A stretch of DNA of 24,555 nucleotides from Acaryochloris thomasi RCC1774 (GCF_003231495.1 NZ_PQWO01000039.1:1-24555), one strand, 5' to 3'. Numbered from the stretch's first letter, positions 7,876 to 17,128 are shown. Notes: generated by a model not told the origin, from the letters alone. Made by a program: numbers and translations.

Positions 7876-8629
7876 AACTTCCTGTAAAAATCAGCCTTCC
7901 CATATACACGTACAGATAGTATTCTTTCTCGGTGTTTCAGATTAATCCAAATCTGTACTTTGATCTCACCATCAGTTAAACTATCAAGATCAATATTATT
8001 GCCCCTCCAACAATCACGGTTTGTATCTCTAATTAGGAGACCATCATACTTATCTATTTTCTGACCTCAGCTCTCTCAAAACCAGCTCACTAGGAATATT
8101 TCACCTCTTATTTCTATATTCTCTAAATCAATCGTGATTGAAAATTCGATACCATCAATTTCTATTTTCATGATCGATATCTTTAAGAATCAATCTAGAC
8201 GTATTTTATTTGATTGCTTAATTTTACAAAAAAGAAAACATGCAAACGAATTCATGTAACTACAAATTTAAGCGCAGAAATATTGTCAACCTTCGCTAGA
8301 AGAGCAAAACTTATCCGCACAAAAAGATTGCTACGCAACAGGTTTAATATTTAATTTTTGAAATCCTAATCCAAGATAGCTATTTTTATTTACTAGAATC
8401 CCCACCTAAAATAGGCATACCATAACAAAACCCCTCTTACACCATGAAAACAGAAAAAGTTAATAGAATCAGAATTCATATTTTCAACACTTAACAAATT
8501 AAATACTTCCCTTAAAATATTCTGAACAAATAAAATTATTAGTTTTGGCAATACTGCTTCTCTTTTTCTGTTCCGTCAGTTCCAGATATAAAGCTAGCCA
8601 CAGCAGAAGCCTTGCCCCTGAAACCATTT

Positions 8630-11600
8630 CTATCGGCTGAAAGAGGGGCCATAATGGTCGATGGACTGTTTTACTTGATACCGATACTCGAATGATTGAG
8701 CAGCAGTAGCGATGTCTTGATAACCATCTTTCGTGACTTTCATCTGCCGCACTTCTAAGTAGCCTCCTGCTGAACGCAGGTCAAGCATCTCTAGAATTGG
8801 TTCCTCTATTTCATTTTGCCAAACTCGCAGCTCTGTCCCATCTAGTCTCAATAGATATCGCTCACCCCGATAAACATATGCACTGCCCTCTTGAGATCCC
8901 GCCTGCTTAAGTATTGTCAGAACATTTGTATGTAGCTCATAGGCCATCGTTAAATCTTGCAGTCTTGATTGCACCTGAGACTCTTGTAGCTGCCTAGCCT
9001 TCTCTCGCATCAGCTCCGTCTGTGGATCCTCATCCCACTTCTGGTAAGCATCCATTTGCCCTTGCCATCCTTGTAACTGTCTCTGTGCCTTCCTTAGAGT
9101 CCGCTCCACTTGGCTCAACTGCTGCTGAGATTCGTGCAATAGCTGCCGCTTTGCCTCTATCACCTCCGGCCTTTCTCCACTCCAATTAAATAAAGACCGC
9201 TGTGGCCCCATCTCCTCAAGTTCCTGCTGCTGCTCCCGACAGTCAAACACTAAATCAGATCGCTGAACCGATAGCTGACTCACCCTCTGCTTTAATCTCT
9301 CACCCACAGCCAGATCTGGCTGTTCAGGACGGTCTTGCGCTAACCATGCCTTCACCTCCTGCTGCAGCTTCAGTAGCTCGGTATCTCTTCTCCTCACCGG
9401 AACCTCAATCAAATCCTGAGCATTCTCCTGACCTCTGGAAAACTGGGCACTCAATCCCAACCCTGTACGGTCAGTCGTCACAATCTCTAACTCAGACTTA
9501 GCTCTAGAGAGCGCTACATAGGTCTGCTCTTTACCAGGACTCTTCCCCGGTGCCCAAATCGCCTCCTGCGCCGTCCAACCCTGCGCGGCATACACCGTCC
9601 GGCAATAGGCATAATCAACATGCACTAATTGGTCAGGGGTCAGCCTCTCTATCTTCCCCTTGGTATTGATGGAGATCGTGCCATCAGGGTTGAATGAATC
9701 AATCGTGAACAGCTGGCCATTGATCTGCCCCCACTCTCGATGGTTCCGAGTAAACCGCAGACGGTCCCCTACTCGTAGCTCAATCTCTTGAGCAGAAAAC
9801 ACCTCTCTATCTTTGTACTTATCAATAGGGCAATCTTTGACCTCACCAAAGCGGTCCTGCAGCTTCAGTCGGTTGGGTTGAACATCAACCACCCGATAGT
9901 AAGGTTCAGGAAACTGCTTCGTAGAACGCCGAAACCGCACCACATCTCCGACCTCATAGCTATAAGCCTGAGCGATCGCATTTTTATCTAGATTCTTCGG
10001 ATGCAGCATCTCAATCACTTGAGCCTCAGTTCCCAGCGTCTGACGGTCGATATAGGCGGCTCTGATTTGATGAGTAATGTCTTGGCGGTCCTGATTGGTA
10101 TCACAGATGATCAAGGTCTGTACCTGTCGCTCATGGGGTCGGGATAGGTACCGCTTAGCAACACTATGATTACGGGCCTTCAATACTGGAATCTCTTTGA
10201 CGCAGCCATGACCATCCAAGATCTCTAGCGCTGCTTGAGACTGCTGCTCTGCTGCTAGATCAACTGCTTCTTTAAGCTGCGGTGTCACCTGCCTTAAGTT
10301 CTCATCAATGGTTACTGTTTTGAGCTGGGAACGTTCCTGCAAGAGTCGGAATGGGGCACCCGCCTGCACCGCACTGAGCTGCTTGGTATCGCCCACTAAG
10401 ATCAAGCGACTACTGAGGTCATTGGCTTTCTCAATCAGCTTCGCCATCTGCTGAGTCGAGAGCATTCCGGCTTCATCAATCACTAGGATCTCGTCTCGCT
10501 GTAGCTGCTTATTAGGTATCAACAGATAGCGATCCACCGTACTTGATTGCATTCCTGCTTCTTGTCCTAAGACTTCAGACGTTGCTGCACTGGGTGCAAG
10601 TCCTCTCAATCTTTGTTGAGCATTTTCATCTAGTACATCTCTAAAGGCTGATAGGGTATAGGTCTTTCCAACTCCCGCATTCCCCTGCAGCAAAGTGATC
10701 TGGTCGGTGCTCGTTGCCATGTGCAGCAGTCCAGCCGCTTGACCTTCGTTTAGACCTTTCTCTTGAGCGATGGCATTGACCTGCTCTGGTGTCACTAAGG
10801 CTTCTCTAGATTCCTGTCCATTATTCGCAACCTCAAGGATCAATTGCTCTCGCTGAATCGCTCTGTTAGTCGTTAGGCGTCCATCGTCCGTAGAAATCAA
10901 TTCCTCAGACTGCTCCAAAGCTTGCTCTATCTCTACTGGAGAATAGAATGCTTGAGCATGACGTAGGCAGTCCTGCAAGAGTCGCGGTCGGGAGACGGCA
11001 ACTTGATGCGCTGTAGCGCTCTCAATGGCAGCTTCAATCACCGTCTGTATGCTGCCGGGATGTGAGTCTCTTGTATAAGCTCGTTCTAAGTCTTGTTGCG
11101 GTTGCGGATGAATAATATTGAGTTCAGCAGATATTCTTTTCCAGCTCTCTCGCTGCAGTTCATGATCTGCGGGTGTTAGTTTATGAACCTTGGCCGTTCG
11201 ACTCTCTAAACAAGCAATCTGCTTTTGATGCTCCGTCGCTTGCTCTAGCTGAATATTCTGTTGCTCTAAGTATGCTCGGATATCCTGCCGTCTGCTGCTG
11301 AACGATTCTAGTTGCTCTGGTTCGTAGCCTCGAATCTCAAAGGTATGCTCACCCGTCCAGTCAATCTCAAAGCCTTGCTTATGTAATTGGTGAGCAAAGG
11401 AATGGTCATAGTAAGCACCGATAGTCTTCTTCTGATTGAACAGCTCTCGACTATCCAAAGTTCTCGATTTACCATCGACACACAGGGTCTGATTAAGAAT
11501 CACGACATGGGTATGCAGCTGCGGCTCTTGGTTGCGATTATCATCATGCTTAAATAGGGCAAACTGACCTTGCTTCGTTTGCTCACTGATCACCTGTCCC

Positions 11601-11983
11601 TGCTGCTTCACCTGAGCAAAGATGCAGTGCTCCTCAATATAGTTGACGGTGGCAGTGACAGCTTGTCGGTGAGCTTCTAGAACTCGTGGGTCTTGATCTA
11701 CCAAGGCTTTGAGCGAAGCAGACTTATTAGCTGAAAGCGTAATATCCCATCCGGCTCTGCTGTTCTTCTGCTGTCGTCTAAGAGCTTGGCCTTGATTGTC
11801 TTTTCCATTACAAGCTTGCTGCCATTGCTCAGCAGTGATTCTTCCTGTTAGTCCTTGATGCTCTGAGAATTTGCCTTGCCATTGAGAGTTCTCTAGTCCA
11901 TCTCCTTGGCTGTAGTAATTATCCTTGGAGTGATAGGTCTCCAAGGCTTTCGCATTCATCGGTTTGCTGATGCTAGCAACCAT
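8630..11983 (-). CDS. MOBF-family conjugative relaxase fused to a RecD-like helicase (TrwC/TraI type), with a long C-terminal coiled-coil extension
   Basis: N-terminal relaxase motifs: YHSKDNYY (catalytic Tyr cluster), SQWQGK...GLTG, ITLSANKSASLKALV, and the three-His motif FKHDDNRNQEPQLHTHVVILN. Helicase motifs: LLQGNAGVGKTY (Walker A), ILVIDEAGML (Walker B), LVGDTKQLSAVQAGAPF, YAYCRTVYAAQGWT, TYVALSRAK. Confidence 0.9.
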   Translation of the reverse strand: MVASISKPMNAKALETYHSKDNYYSQGDGLENSQWQGKFSEHQGLTGRITAEQWQQACNGKDNQGQALRRQQKNSRAGWDITLSANKSASLKALVDQDPRVLEAHRQAVTATVNYIEEHCIFAQVKQQGQVISEQTKQGQFALFKHDDNRNQEPQLHTHVVILNQTLCVDGKSRTLDSRELFNQKKTIGAYYDHSFAHQLHKQGFEIDWTGEHTFEIRGYEPEQLESFSSRRQDIRAYLEQQNIQLEQATEHQKQIACLESRTAKVHKLTPADHELQRESWKRISAELNIIHPQPQQDLERAYTRDSHPGSIQTVIEAAIESATAHQVAVSRPRLLQDCLRHAQAFYSPVEIEQALEQSEELISTDDGRLTTNRAIQREQLILEVANNGQESREALVTPEQVNAIAQEKGLNEGQAAGLLHMATSTDQITLLQGNAGVGKTYTLSAFRDVLDENAQQRLRGLAPSAATSEVLGQEAGMQSSTVDRYLLIPNKQLQRDEILVIDEAGMLSTQQMAKLIEKANDLSSRLILVGDTKQLSAVQAGAPFRLLQERSQLKTVTIDENLRQVTPQLKEAVDLAAEQQSQAALEILDGHGCVKEIPVLKARNHSVAKRYLSRPHERQVQTLIICDTNQDRQDITHQIRAAYIDRQTLGTEAQVIEMLHPKNLDKNAIAQAYSYEVGDVVRFRRSTKQFPEPYYRVVDVQPNRLKLQDRFGEVKDCPIDKYKDREVFSAQEIELRVGDRLRFTRNHREWGQINGQLFTIDSFNPDGTISINTKGKIERLTPDQLVHVDYAYCRTVYAAQGWTAQEAIWAPGKSPGKEQTYVALSRAKSELEIVTTDRTGLGLSAQFSRGQENAQDLIEVPVRRRDTELLKLQQEVKAWLAQDRPEQPDLAVGERLKQRVSQLSVQRSDLVFDCREQQQELEEMGPQRSLFNWSGERPEVIEAKRQLLHESQQQLSQVERTLRKAQRQLQGWQGQMDAYQKWDEDPQTELMREKARQLQESQVQSRLQDLTMAYELHTNVLTILKQAGSQEGSAYVYRGERYLLRLDGTELRVWQNEIEEPILEMLDLRSAGGYLEVRQMKVTKDGYQDIATAAQSFEYRYQVKQSIDHYGPSFSR

Positions 11984-12196
11984 CTTTTTTCTTTAGCGTT
12001 ATTGGGTGCTGCTATTCGTCTCTAGATTTTGGATTATTATTTTTAGTAAGTTATGTGTAACTCTTTCTTATCTCGGATTTTTGCATTGTACTAGAATCTC
12101 TGGCTTGCCGCGTAGCGGGTACGTCTAAGTCACTCTTCGTTGGCTATTGGTTTCAACTAGGTTTAGCTGTAGGATGCTCTTGTAGTCTTTCTTTGG
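11984..12196. promoter_or_regulatory. Divergent promoter region and candidate oriT between the relaxase and the leader-like operon
   Basis: The call is positional (oriT usually adjoins MOBF relaxase genes). There are weak nic-like strings: TTGCATTGTACTAG (12081..12094), and CCGCGTAGCGG followed by GTACGTCTAAG (12108..12129), reminiscent of the R388 ...ATTGTCT/ATAG site. Neither is convincing. Confidence 0.3.
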
Positions 12197-12574
12197 ATGA
12201 TGGAGATGGCTAAGGGTAGTTCGACTCAATTCATTTCGCCTGCTGAGTTAGCGGATATCAAAGCAGAACTGGAAGGTCTCTCTAAGTTAGAACCAGGAGC
12301 TAAGACGGTTAAGGATGCGATTGAAGAACTGATGCCAATTATCCGGGGCTGTCGTGCTCGGGGGCATTCCTGGAAACGCATTGCTGAATCCTTTAGTCGG
12401 GTCGATAGCATCTCTTCAGCGTCTTTGCGGAAGTATGCCTATGAGCTAGATCCATCTCTAAAGGAGCCAGTCAAGGGAATTGTCCCTAAAGCCAAAAAGA
12501 CGGATAAGCCTCCGGTCTTTCGTAGAAAAGAAGTTCCTGTAAATGAGAAAGATGCAAAAACCGTGAGCTTCTAA
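12197..12574 (+). CDS. Small hypothetical protein with an HTH-like segment; possible relaxosome accessory (TraK-position) protein
   Basis: First gene of the operon divergent from the relaxase. GHSWKRIAESFSRVDSISSASLRKY resembles a helix-turn-helix. Basic C-terminal tail. Confidence 0.4.
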   Translation: MMEMAKGSSTQFISPAELADIKAELEGLSKLEPGAKTVKDAIEELMPIIRGCRARGHSWKRIAESFSRVDSISSASLRKYAYELDPSLKEPVKGIVPKAKKTDKPPVFRRKEVPVNEKDAKTVSF

Positions 12575-12632
12575 ATTAGGTCTTCAGTTCAGGGTTGAGG
12601 CTTAGTGAGTAGGGAGCACTGACAAGGTTGAT

Positions 12633-13412
12633 ATGCCAAAGAAGAAAGCTGTAGCAAAAAACGAGCAAGGATATTACGTCAATCTCTGGTCTGGACAGAA
12701 GGGCGGTACTGGTAAGTCCTGGGGGTCTCGTCTCGATTGTCAGCGACACATTGACCGCGAACAGGATTTCTTTTTGCTCGATGTCGATGAGGGTAATTCT
12801 TCTACAGCTCAGTTCTATGGTGATTATCTATTCCATCAAGCTGCAAAGCTAACTGAAGTAGTAGAACGCTCTAGTCTGGCGAATGCGCTTCTAGATGCAC
12901 CACGCACAAAACCAACGGTGGTGAACTGTCGGGCGGGTAGCAATGAGGCGTTATTGACGTGGCTCAGTACGAAGCCAGTGACGAAGATGGCGCAGAAATT
13001 CGGCATTAAGATGCGCTATATCTTCGTCAGTGATTTAGATAATGATTCGTTGAAGCTATTTAGACCCACAGTAGAAGCATTTTCTCCCCATATGCCACTG
13101 ATCTTTGTGGCGAATCTCGGACGCAATACGATGGGCACAGAGTTCTTTGATTCGGATGATTTCCAAAAGTTATTGAAGCAATACAAGGTGCCAATCATTA
13201 AGGTGCAGCAGTTTGACCTAGAGCTAAAGCGCAAGATGGAGGGGCACAACCCAGACAAGCGGTTATTGACCTGGGGGGAAGCACTCAATCATGAGTCATT
13301 TGGAATTCTAGGTCAGGCTGAGGTGCAGGCGTATTTAGATGACTTCTATGAACAGTTGGACGGAGCCGAACGACTCGCCGATCTGGACTTTTCTCCAGGA
13401 TCATCACGCTAA
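12633..13412 (+). CDS. ParA/MinD-superfamily P-loop protein, TraL-like position in the leader operon
   Basis: N-terminal deviant Walker A SGQKGGTGKS. The length (~259 aa) and the order of conserved patches recall IncP TraL (from memory). Second gene of the operon next to the putative oriT. Confidence 0.5.
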   Translation: MPKKKAVAKNEQGYYVNLWSGQKGGTGKSWGSRLDCQRHIDREQDFFLLDVDEGNSSTAQFYGDYLFHQAAKLTEVVERSSLANALLDAPRTKPTVVNCRAGSNEALLTWLSTKPVTKMAQKFGIKMRYIFVSDLDNDSLKLFRPTVEAFSPHMPLIFVANLGRNTMGTEFFDSDDFQKLLKQYKVPIIKVQQFDLELKRKMEGHNPDKRLLTWGEALNHESFGILGQAEVQAYLDDFYEQLDGAERLADLDFSPGSSR

Positions 13413-13983
13413 TCTACCAGAACCCATTAAGCAGCTAGTCTTTTTGCGGCTGCAGGAAACTGAGGTACCAGCGACAGATAAGATCTTTCCTTGGGTGGTG
13501 GTTGCGGTCATCAATCGGGTGATTGAGGAATTGTTGAGGGGCGATCTTCAGGAGCTACGGCGAGAGATAGAGCAGGTACCCCAAGAGATTGGACGGCAGT
13601 TAGTTTCTAGTGTTAGGGAAGCGTTGACGGAGCCAGTTCAGGAAATTCGGGCGGCTCGGCAGGATTTTAGGACGTTAGCGCAGGAGCTGAGAGCTTCAGC
13701 GGTTTTAGATGCCTCTTTATCTCAGTCTGGATGGCGAGGAATCGGCGCGGCAGTGGGAGCCATCTTCCGGTTAGAGAATCTAATGGTTGTGTTTGCGGGT
13801 ACGGTATTCGTGAGTTTAATCATGGGGATATTACTCTCCAATTGGCTCTCGGCGAGAGATCGGCACATCATCAAGTTCAATAAAGGGGTCATCCGCGACT
13901 GTAAAGAAAACTATGCGGCAGATGCTGATAAGAATGGCTGGTACACTTGCCCCATCTTTCAGTTGCCAATGCCTAAAAAGTGA
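13339..13983 (+). CDS. Hypothetical protein with a C-terminal transmembrane helix (start uncertain)
   Basis: The ORF overlaps the previous gene by 74 nt, so the real start may be an internal TTG/GTG after 13412. Hydrophobic segment LMVVFAGTVFVSLIMGILLSNWL. Confidence 0.45.
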   Translation: MTSMNSWTEPNDSPIWTFLQDHHANLPEPIKQLVFLRLQETEVPATDKIFPWVVVAVINRVIEELLRGDLQELRREIEQVPQEIGRQLVSSVREALTEPVQEIRAARQDFRTLAQELRASAVLDASLSQSGWRGIGAAVGAIFRLENLMVVFAGTVFVSLIMGILLSNWLSARDRHIIKFNKGVIRDCKENYAADADKNGWYTCPIFQLPMPKK

Positions 13984-14034
13984 TAACTGCCCTTGTATTG
14001 AGCGCAAAAGCTATGTCTATGGTAGGACTAGATT

Positions 14035-14877
14035 ATGGCAATCAAAGACTATCAGCCTCCCGTTTCAAAACTCCTCACCTATGGCGAGTGCGACCTATCC
14101 CAACGTCAATCGTGGCCCAATTATGTTCAGGAACTCGCTCTAACGGAAGAGCACATTCCTCAATTGCTCCAAATCCTCACTGATAGCAGTCTTCAGCCAG
14201 ACAACATAGAGGGCATTGAAATCTGGGCACTGGTTCACGCTTGGCGGGCATTAGGACAGTTAGAGACTCCAGCTGCCACGACACCGTTACTAGAGCTGCT
14301 GGAGGACCAATATAACGACTGGGCACATGAAGAAGTACCGACTGCTATTAGTCTCATTGGCCCCCCAGCTCTCCCTGAAGTCCAGCAATACTTAGCTGAT
14401 CCCAGCCGTGACATGTTTGGGCGGATTACCGCGATCACCTGTTTAGTAAAACTCCAAGCCCGTCATCCACAGGAACGAGAACAGTGCGTCGAGATCATTA
14501 CCCAGCAGCTGGCAAACGATCCGAAGAATGAACCAGCTCTCAATGGATTTCTCATTGCTGGCCTCTGTGATCTTCATGCGGTTGAGAAGGCTCCTGAGAT
14601 CGAGCAAGCCTTTACTGCTCAACGAGTCGATCTCTCCATCGTGGGAGACTGGGACGAAACGCAGGTGGAGCTGGGTCTCAAAACACGTCAAGAGGTTCCC
14701 CTACAGCGCTTCTCGACCACGGAAGCACTCGGAGTACTCTCGCAGCTAAAAGAGGGTTCAATTTCTGTTCGACGGGCCGAACAGCTACTCGCCCAACGGC
14801 GACAGCCACCTAAAGGTTTTGGTCAACCCTCTCAATCACAGTCCCGCAAGCTCAAGAAAGCGAAGAAGAAGCGCTGA
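14035..14877 (+). CDS. HEAT/ARM-like helical repeat protein (DUF1186-like by memory), lysine-rich C-terminal tail
   Basis: LLTYGECD...WPNYVQELALTEEHIPQLLQIL...HAWRALGQL...PLLELLE...IGPPALPEVQQYLAD is a pattern I associate with cyanobacterial DUF1186 proteins. It ends KLKKAKKKR. Confidence 0.4.
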   Translation: MAIKDYQPPVSKLLTYGECDLSQRQSWPNYVQELALTEEHIPQLLQILTDSSLQPDNIEGIEIWALVHAWRALGQLETPAATTPLLELLEDQYNDWAHEEVPTAISLIGPPALPEVQQYLADPSRDMFGRITAITCLVKLQARHPQEREQCVEIITQQLANDPKNEPALNGFLIAGLCDLHAVEKAPEIEQAFTAQRVDLSIVGDWDETQVELGLKTRQEVPLQRFSTTEALGVLSQLKEGSISVRRAEQLLAQRRQPPKGFGQPSQSQSRKLKKAKKKR

Positions 14878-15011
14878 TAAACTCTCTCTGCATAACGAAA
14901 GGGATTGAGCATAATGATAGGTCTGTGATAGGACTAGATTATCGGTAATGACTCCATCCAGAACTGATACCTTCAGGCGACCCACAACGGAGGGGATAGC
15001 AGAGGCGGAAA

Positions 15012-15284
15012 ATGATGCAGCAAGAATTTACCACTCAAGAACACATCAACGCCGATGGTGTCTTACTTCTCAACGTACCGGAGCTGAAAGACAAAGATGT
15101 CGAAGTGGTGGTGAGACCCATCGCATCCGCTGCCCTGGAAACAGAACCACAACCGGAAAGCTTAGCAAAGGCCCTAGAAGGACTGATCGGTGTATGCAGC
15201 TTTGAACCGGACGATTTATCCGAGCACACCAGCGAAACCTATGCGGCTTTACTCGCTCGTGATTATGACCAAACGCAACAATAA
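15012..15284 (+). CDS. Putative antitoxin of a VapBC-like pair
   Basis: 90-aa ORF whose stop overlaps the PIN gene start (TAATG), which is typical translational coupling. Confidence 0.6.
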   Translation: MMQQEFTTQEHINADGVLLLNVPELKDKDVEVVVRPIASAALETEPQPESLAKALEGLIGVCSFEPDDLSEHTSETYAALLARDYDQTQQ

Positions 15285-15700
15285 TGCTGCTGTGTGACAC
15301 TTCTCCTCTCATTGCAATCATTAACAAACGAGATAGAAATCATCATCGCTGTGTTGATGCGCTCTCAACATTAGAAAAGCCTTTACTCACCACATTATTT
15401 TGCTTTACGGAAGCCATGTACTTACTGGGAGCGCGCGATGGCTGGCGAGGTCAAGAAACACTCTGGCAATTTCGGCAACGGGACGTACTGTTGCTCTATC
15501 CCTTAAATGATCTGCAGCTGGACCGTGCCTATGCTCTGATGGAGCAATATAGAAACGTACCGATGGATCTAGGCGATGCCTCTCTAGTCGTTGCTGCTGA
15601 AACCCTCAAGCAGAACCGTATCTTTACGCTGGATAAGGATTTCTACATCTATCGCCTGCCAGGGAACCAAGCCTTTGAGGTGATTCCAGGATTGCAATGA
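15284..15700 (+). CDS. PIN-domain ribonuclease toxin (VapC-like)
   Basis: MLLCDTSPLIAI (first acidic residue), FTEAMYLL, DLGDASLVVAAE and FTLDKDF match the four conserved PIN acidic positions. Confidence 0.8.
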   Translation: MLLCDTSPLIAIINKRDRNHHRCVDALSTLEKPLLTTLFCFTEAMYLLGARDGWRGQETLWQFRQRDVLLLYPLNDLQLDRAYALMEQYRNVPMDLGDASLVVAAETLKQNRIFTLDKDFYIYRLPGNQAFEVIPGLQ

Positions 15701-15714
15701 CAATTAAGGGATCC

Positions 15715-16737
15715 CTAAAGTGATTGCAGCCAGCGGATAGGTTTCATATCCCGCAATATACGCAGCGGAAAAGCAAAGGCGAGTTCGGTCCACGGTTGCC
15801 AGTCTCCTTGTTCGGGGTCGGTACAGACGCACATCTGACCACCCATCGGCAGTGAGGCGGTGACGATGCCTTTCTCACGGGCGAGATCAAACCATTCGCT
15901 AAAGCCATCGGGCATTAGATCTACAGATTTATCGACTGGGTTGGGGATCCAGCGTTCTTGAATGGCGCGAACGAGCAGTCCTGCAGGACGTTTAGCTTTA
16001 CCTGCTCTTTTCTGTTGGCGGACGACGGCCAGAGCATCTTGAACCACAGCTAGAGACACGGACATCACCGCTCGTTTGATGTTGAGGTTCAGCGGCATGG
16101 GGGCGATCACCTCTTCGACTTCGGCCTGCAGCTCCCTATTTATTTTTATTTCTTCGGAGGATAGCGGCACGTCCTGAGAATCAGAGTTTGTTGGGGAAGC
16201 TGTTCTTAATTCAGAATCTTGAATATTTTTCAAATCCAGATTGGGGTGTTGGGGACAGTTAGCTAGTCCTTCCTTGTTGTCCAATAAAACAGGGTGGAGT
16301 GAGGGGGGTATGTTTGTTGTTTCTTTACTCTCTATATAAAAGGCAACGGTGGAATGCGGGTTTGAGGCTTGTTTTTTGGAAATTTCTTTCCTGTTTTGGG
16401 AAGTTTTCTTCTTGATCTGGGAAGTTTTTTTCTCGCTTGGCTGATCTGGGTGGTGGGCGATTAGCTTCCAGTATTGGGCGCTGAATTTACGAATGTTCTC
16501 GACGAGGCCGCGTTCAATGAGGGCATCAAGGGCGTTGCGGATCTGGCGGGTGCAGTAGGGGCGCTTACGGCTTTGGCTGCTGAAGGTTTGAAATTCGGCT
16601 AGGTCAAATTCTTGGCTCTGTCCGGCGGGGCGGCGGCGTAAAAGCCACTGGTACAGGGAGCGGGCAGCGGGCGGAAGCTGCATCAGGATGAGGTCGTGCT
16701 CATCGGTGATCATGGCAAAGGCGGTCATTTCTATCAC
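15715..16737 (-). CDS. Putative plasmid replication initiator (winged-helix N-terminal domain); family not recognised
   Basis: LPPAARSLYQWLLRR...TRQIRNALDALIERGLVE is wHTH-like. The gene is divergent from parA across a 612-bp repeat-rich intergenic region. It is the only Rep candidate in the window. Confidence 0.4.
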   Translation of the reverse strand: MIEMTAFAMITDEHDLILMQLPPAARSLYQWLLRRRPAGQSQEFDLAEFQTFSSQSRKRPYCTRQIRNALDALIERGLVENIRKFSAQYWKLIAHHPDQPSEKKTSQIKKKTSQNRKEISKKQASNPHSTVAFYIESKETTNIPPSLHPVLLDNKEGLANCPQHPNLDLKNIQDSELRTASPTNSDSQDVPLSSEEIKINRELQAEVEEVIAPMPLNLNIKRAVMSVSLAVVQDALAVVRQQKRAGKAKRPAGLLVRAIQERWIPNPVDKSVDLMPDGFSEWFDLAREKGIVTASLPMGGQMCVCTDPEQGDWQPWTELAFAFPLRILRDMKPIRWLQSL

Positions 16738-16930
16738 GTCTCCTATCGAGTGAATGGAGCGAGTTCGATAGATGGCGTTAAGCTCTCTTAAAGAATGCTT
16801 GTCATCTCTGACGTAGACACACTAAAATAGATAAACGACATTATGGGTTCCTAACTTCCTGCCGTCCAAAGCGTTCAGTTAGATCCCGCGAATACTCGCT
16901 AAAGAACTTTTTGTTTTTTGCCCTAGAGAA

Positions 16931-16956
16931 CCTGGCTGTTCAGAGCCGGGTTTTTT
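16931..16956 (+). terminator. Rho-independent terminator-like hairpin on the + strand, upstream of and antisense to the rep leader
   Basis: CCTGGCT gttcag AGCCGGG (7-bp stem with one G-U pair) followed by TTTTTT. No + strand CDS ends upstream of it. Confidence 0.45.
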
Positions 16957-17128
16957 GGGTTTCTGGGGGATTAGACGATACAGGTCTCCAAAAAGAGAAT
17001 CAACAAGCCCGAAAGCTTGATGATCTATACTACGCCGTCAAGCTGGCTTAAGAAAACTCTTTAAAACAAATGATCACTTAGATAGGCATTCCAATGTCAT
17101 TGACCTTAAGTATATGGATAGCACCGAC

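Noticed and set aside
8327-8345. IS6-like IR string (reverse complement AACCTGTTGCGTAG versus IS26-type GGCACTGTTGCAAA)
   Set aside because: Only the CTGTTGC core matches. It is ~470 bp from the transposase fragment, in the wrong place for an IS6 left end.
9202-9991. + strand ORFs 9202..9501 and 9788..9991
   Set aside because: They are antisense shadows inside the relaxase gene.
12081-12129. Specific nic-site calls (ATTGTAC/TAG and GTACGTCT/AAG) for oriT
   Set aside because: They resemble the remembered R388 nic region only over 5-6 nt, and the adjacent hairpin has only a 4-bp stem. I kept the intergenic region as a positional oriT candidate only.
13016-13288. 90-aa minus-strand ORF
   Set aside because: It is antisense to the P-loop gene. 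The same applies to 12226..12411 opposite the 125-aa gene.
13913-14183. + strand ORFs 13913..14143 and 13980..14183
   Set aside because: They are alternative frames overlapping the end of the 214-aa gene and the start of the HEAT-like gene. They have no motifs.
14235-14749. ORFs 14235..14438 (-), 14443..14691 (-) and 14528..14749 (+)
   Set aside because: All are nested within the 280-aa HEAT-like gene, so they are shadow frames.
14948-15327. ORFs 14948..15205 (+), 15035..15229 (-) and 15070..15327 (-)
   Set aside because: They overlap the antitoxin frame, which is supported by its TAATG coupling to the PIN gene. These alternatives are Arg/Ser/Pro-rich, as is typical of off-frame reads.
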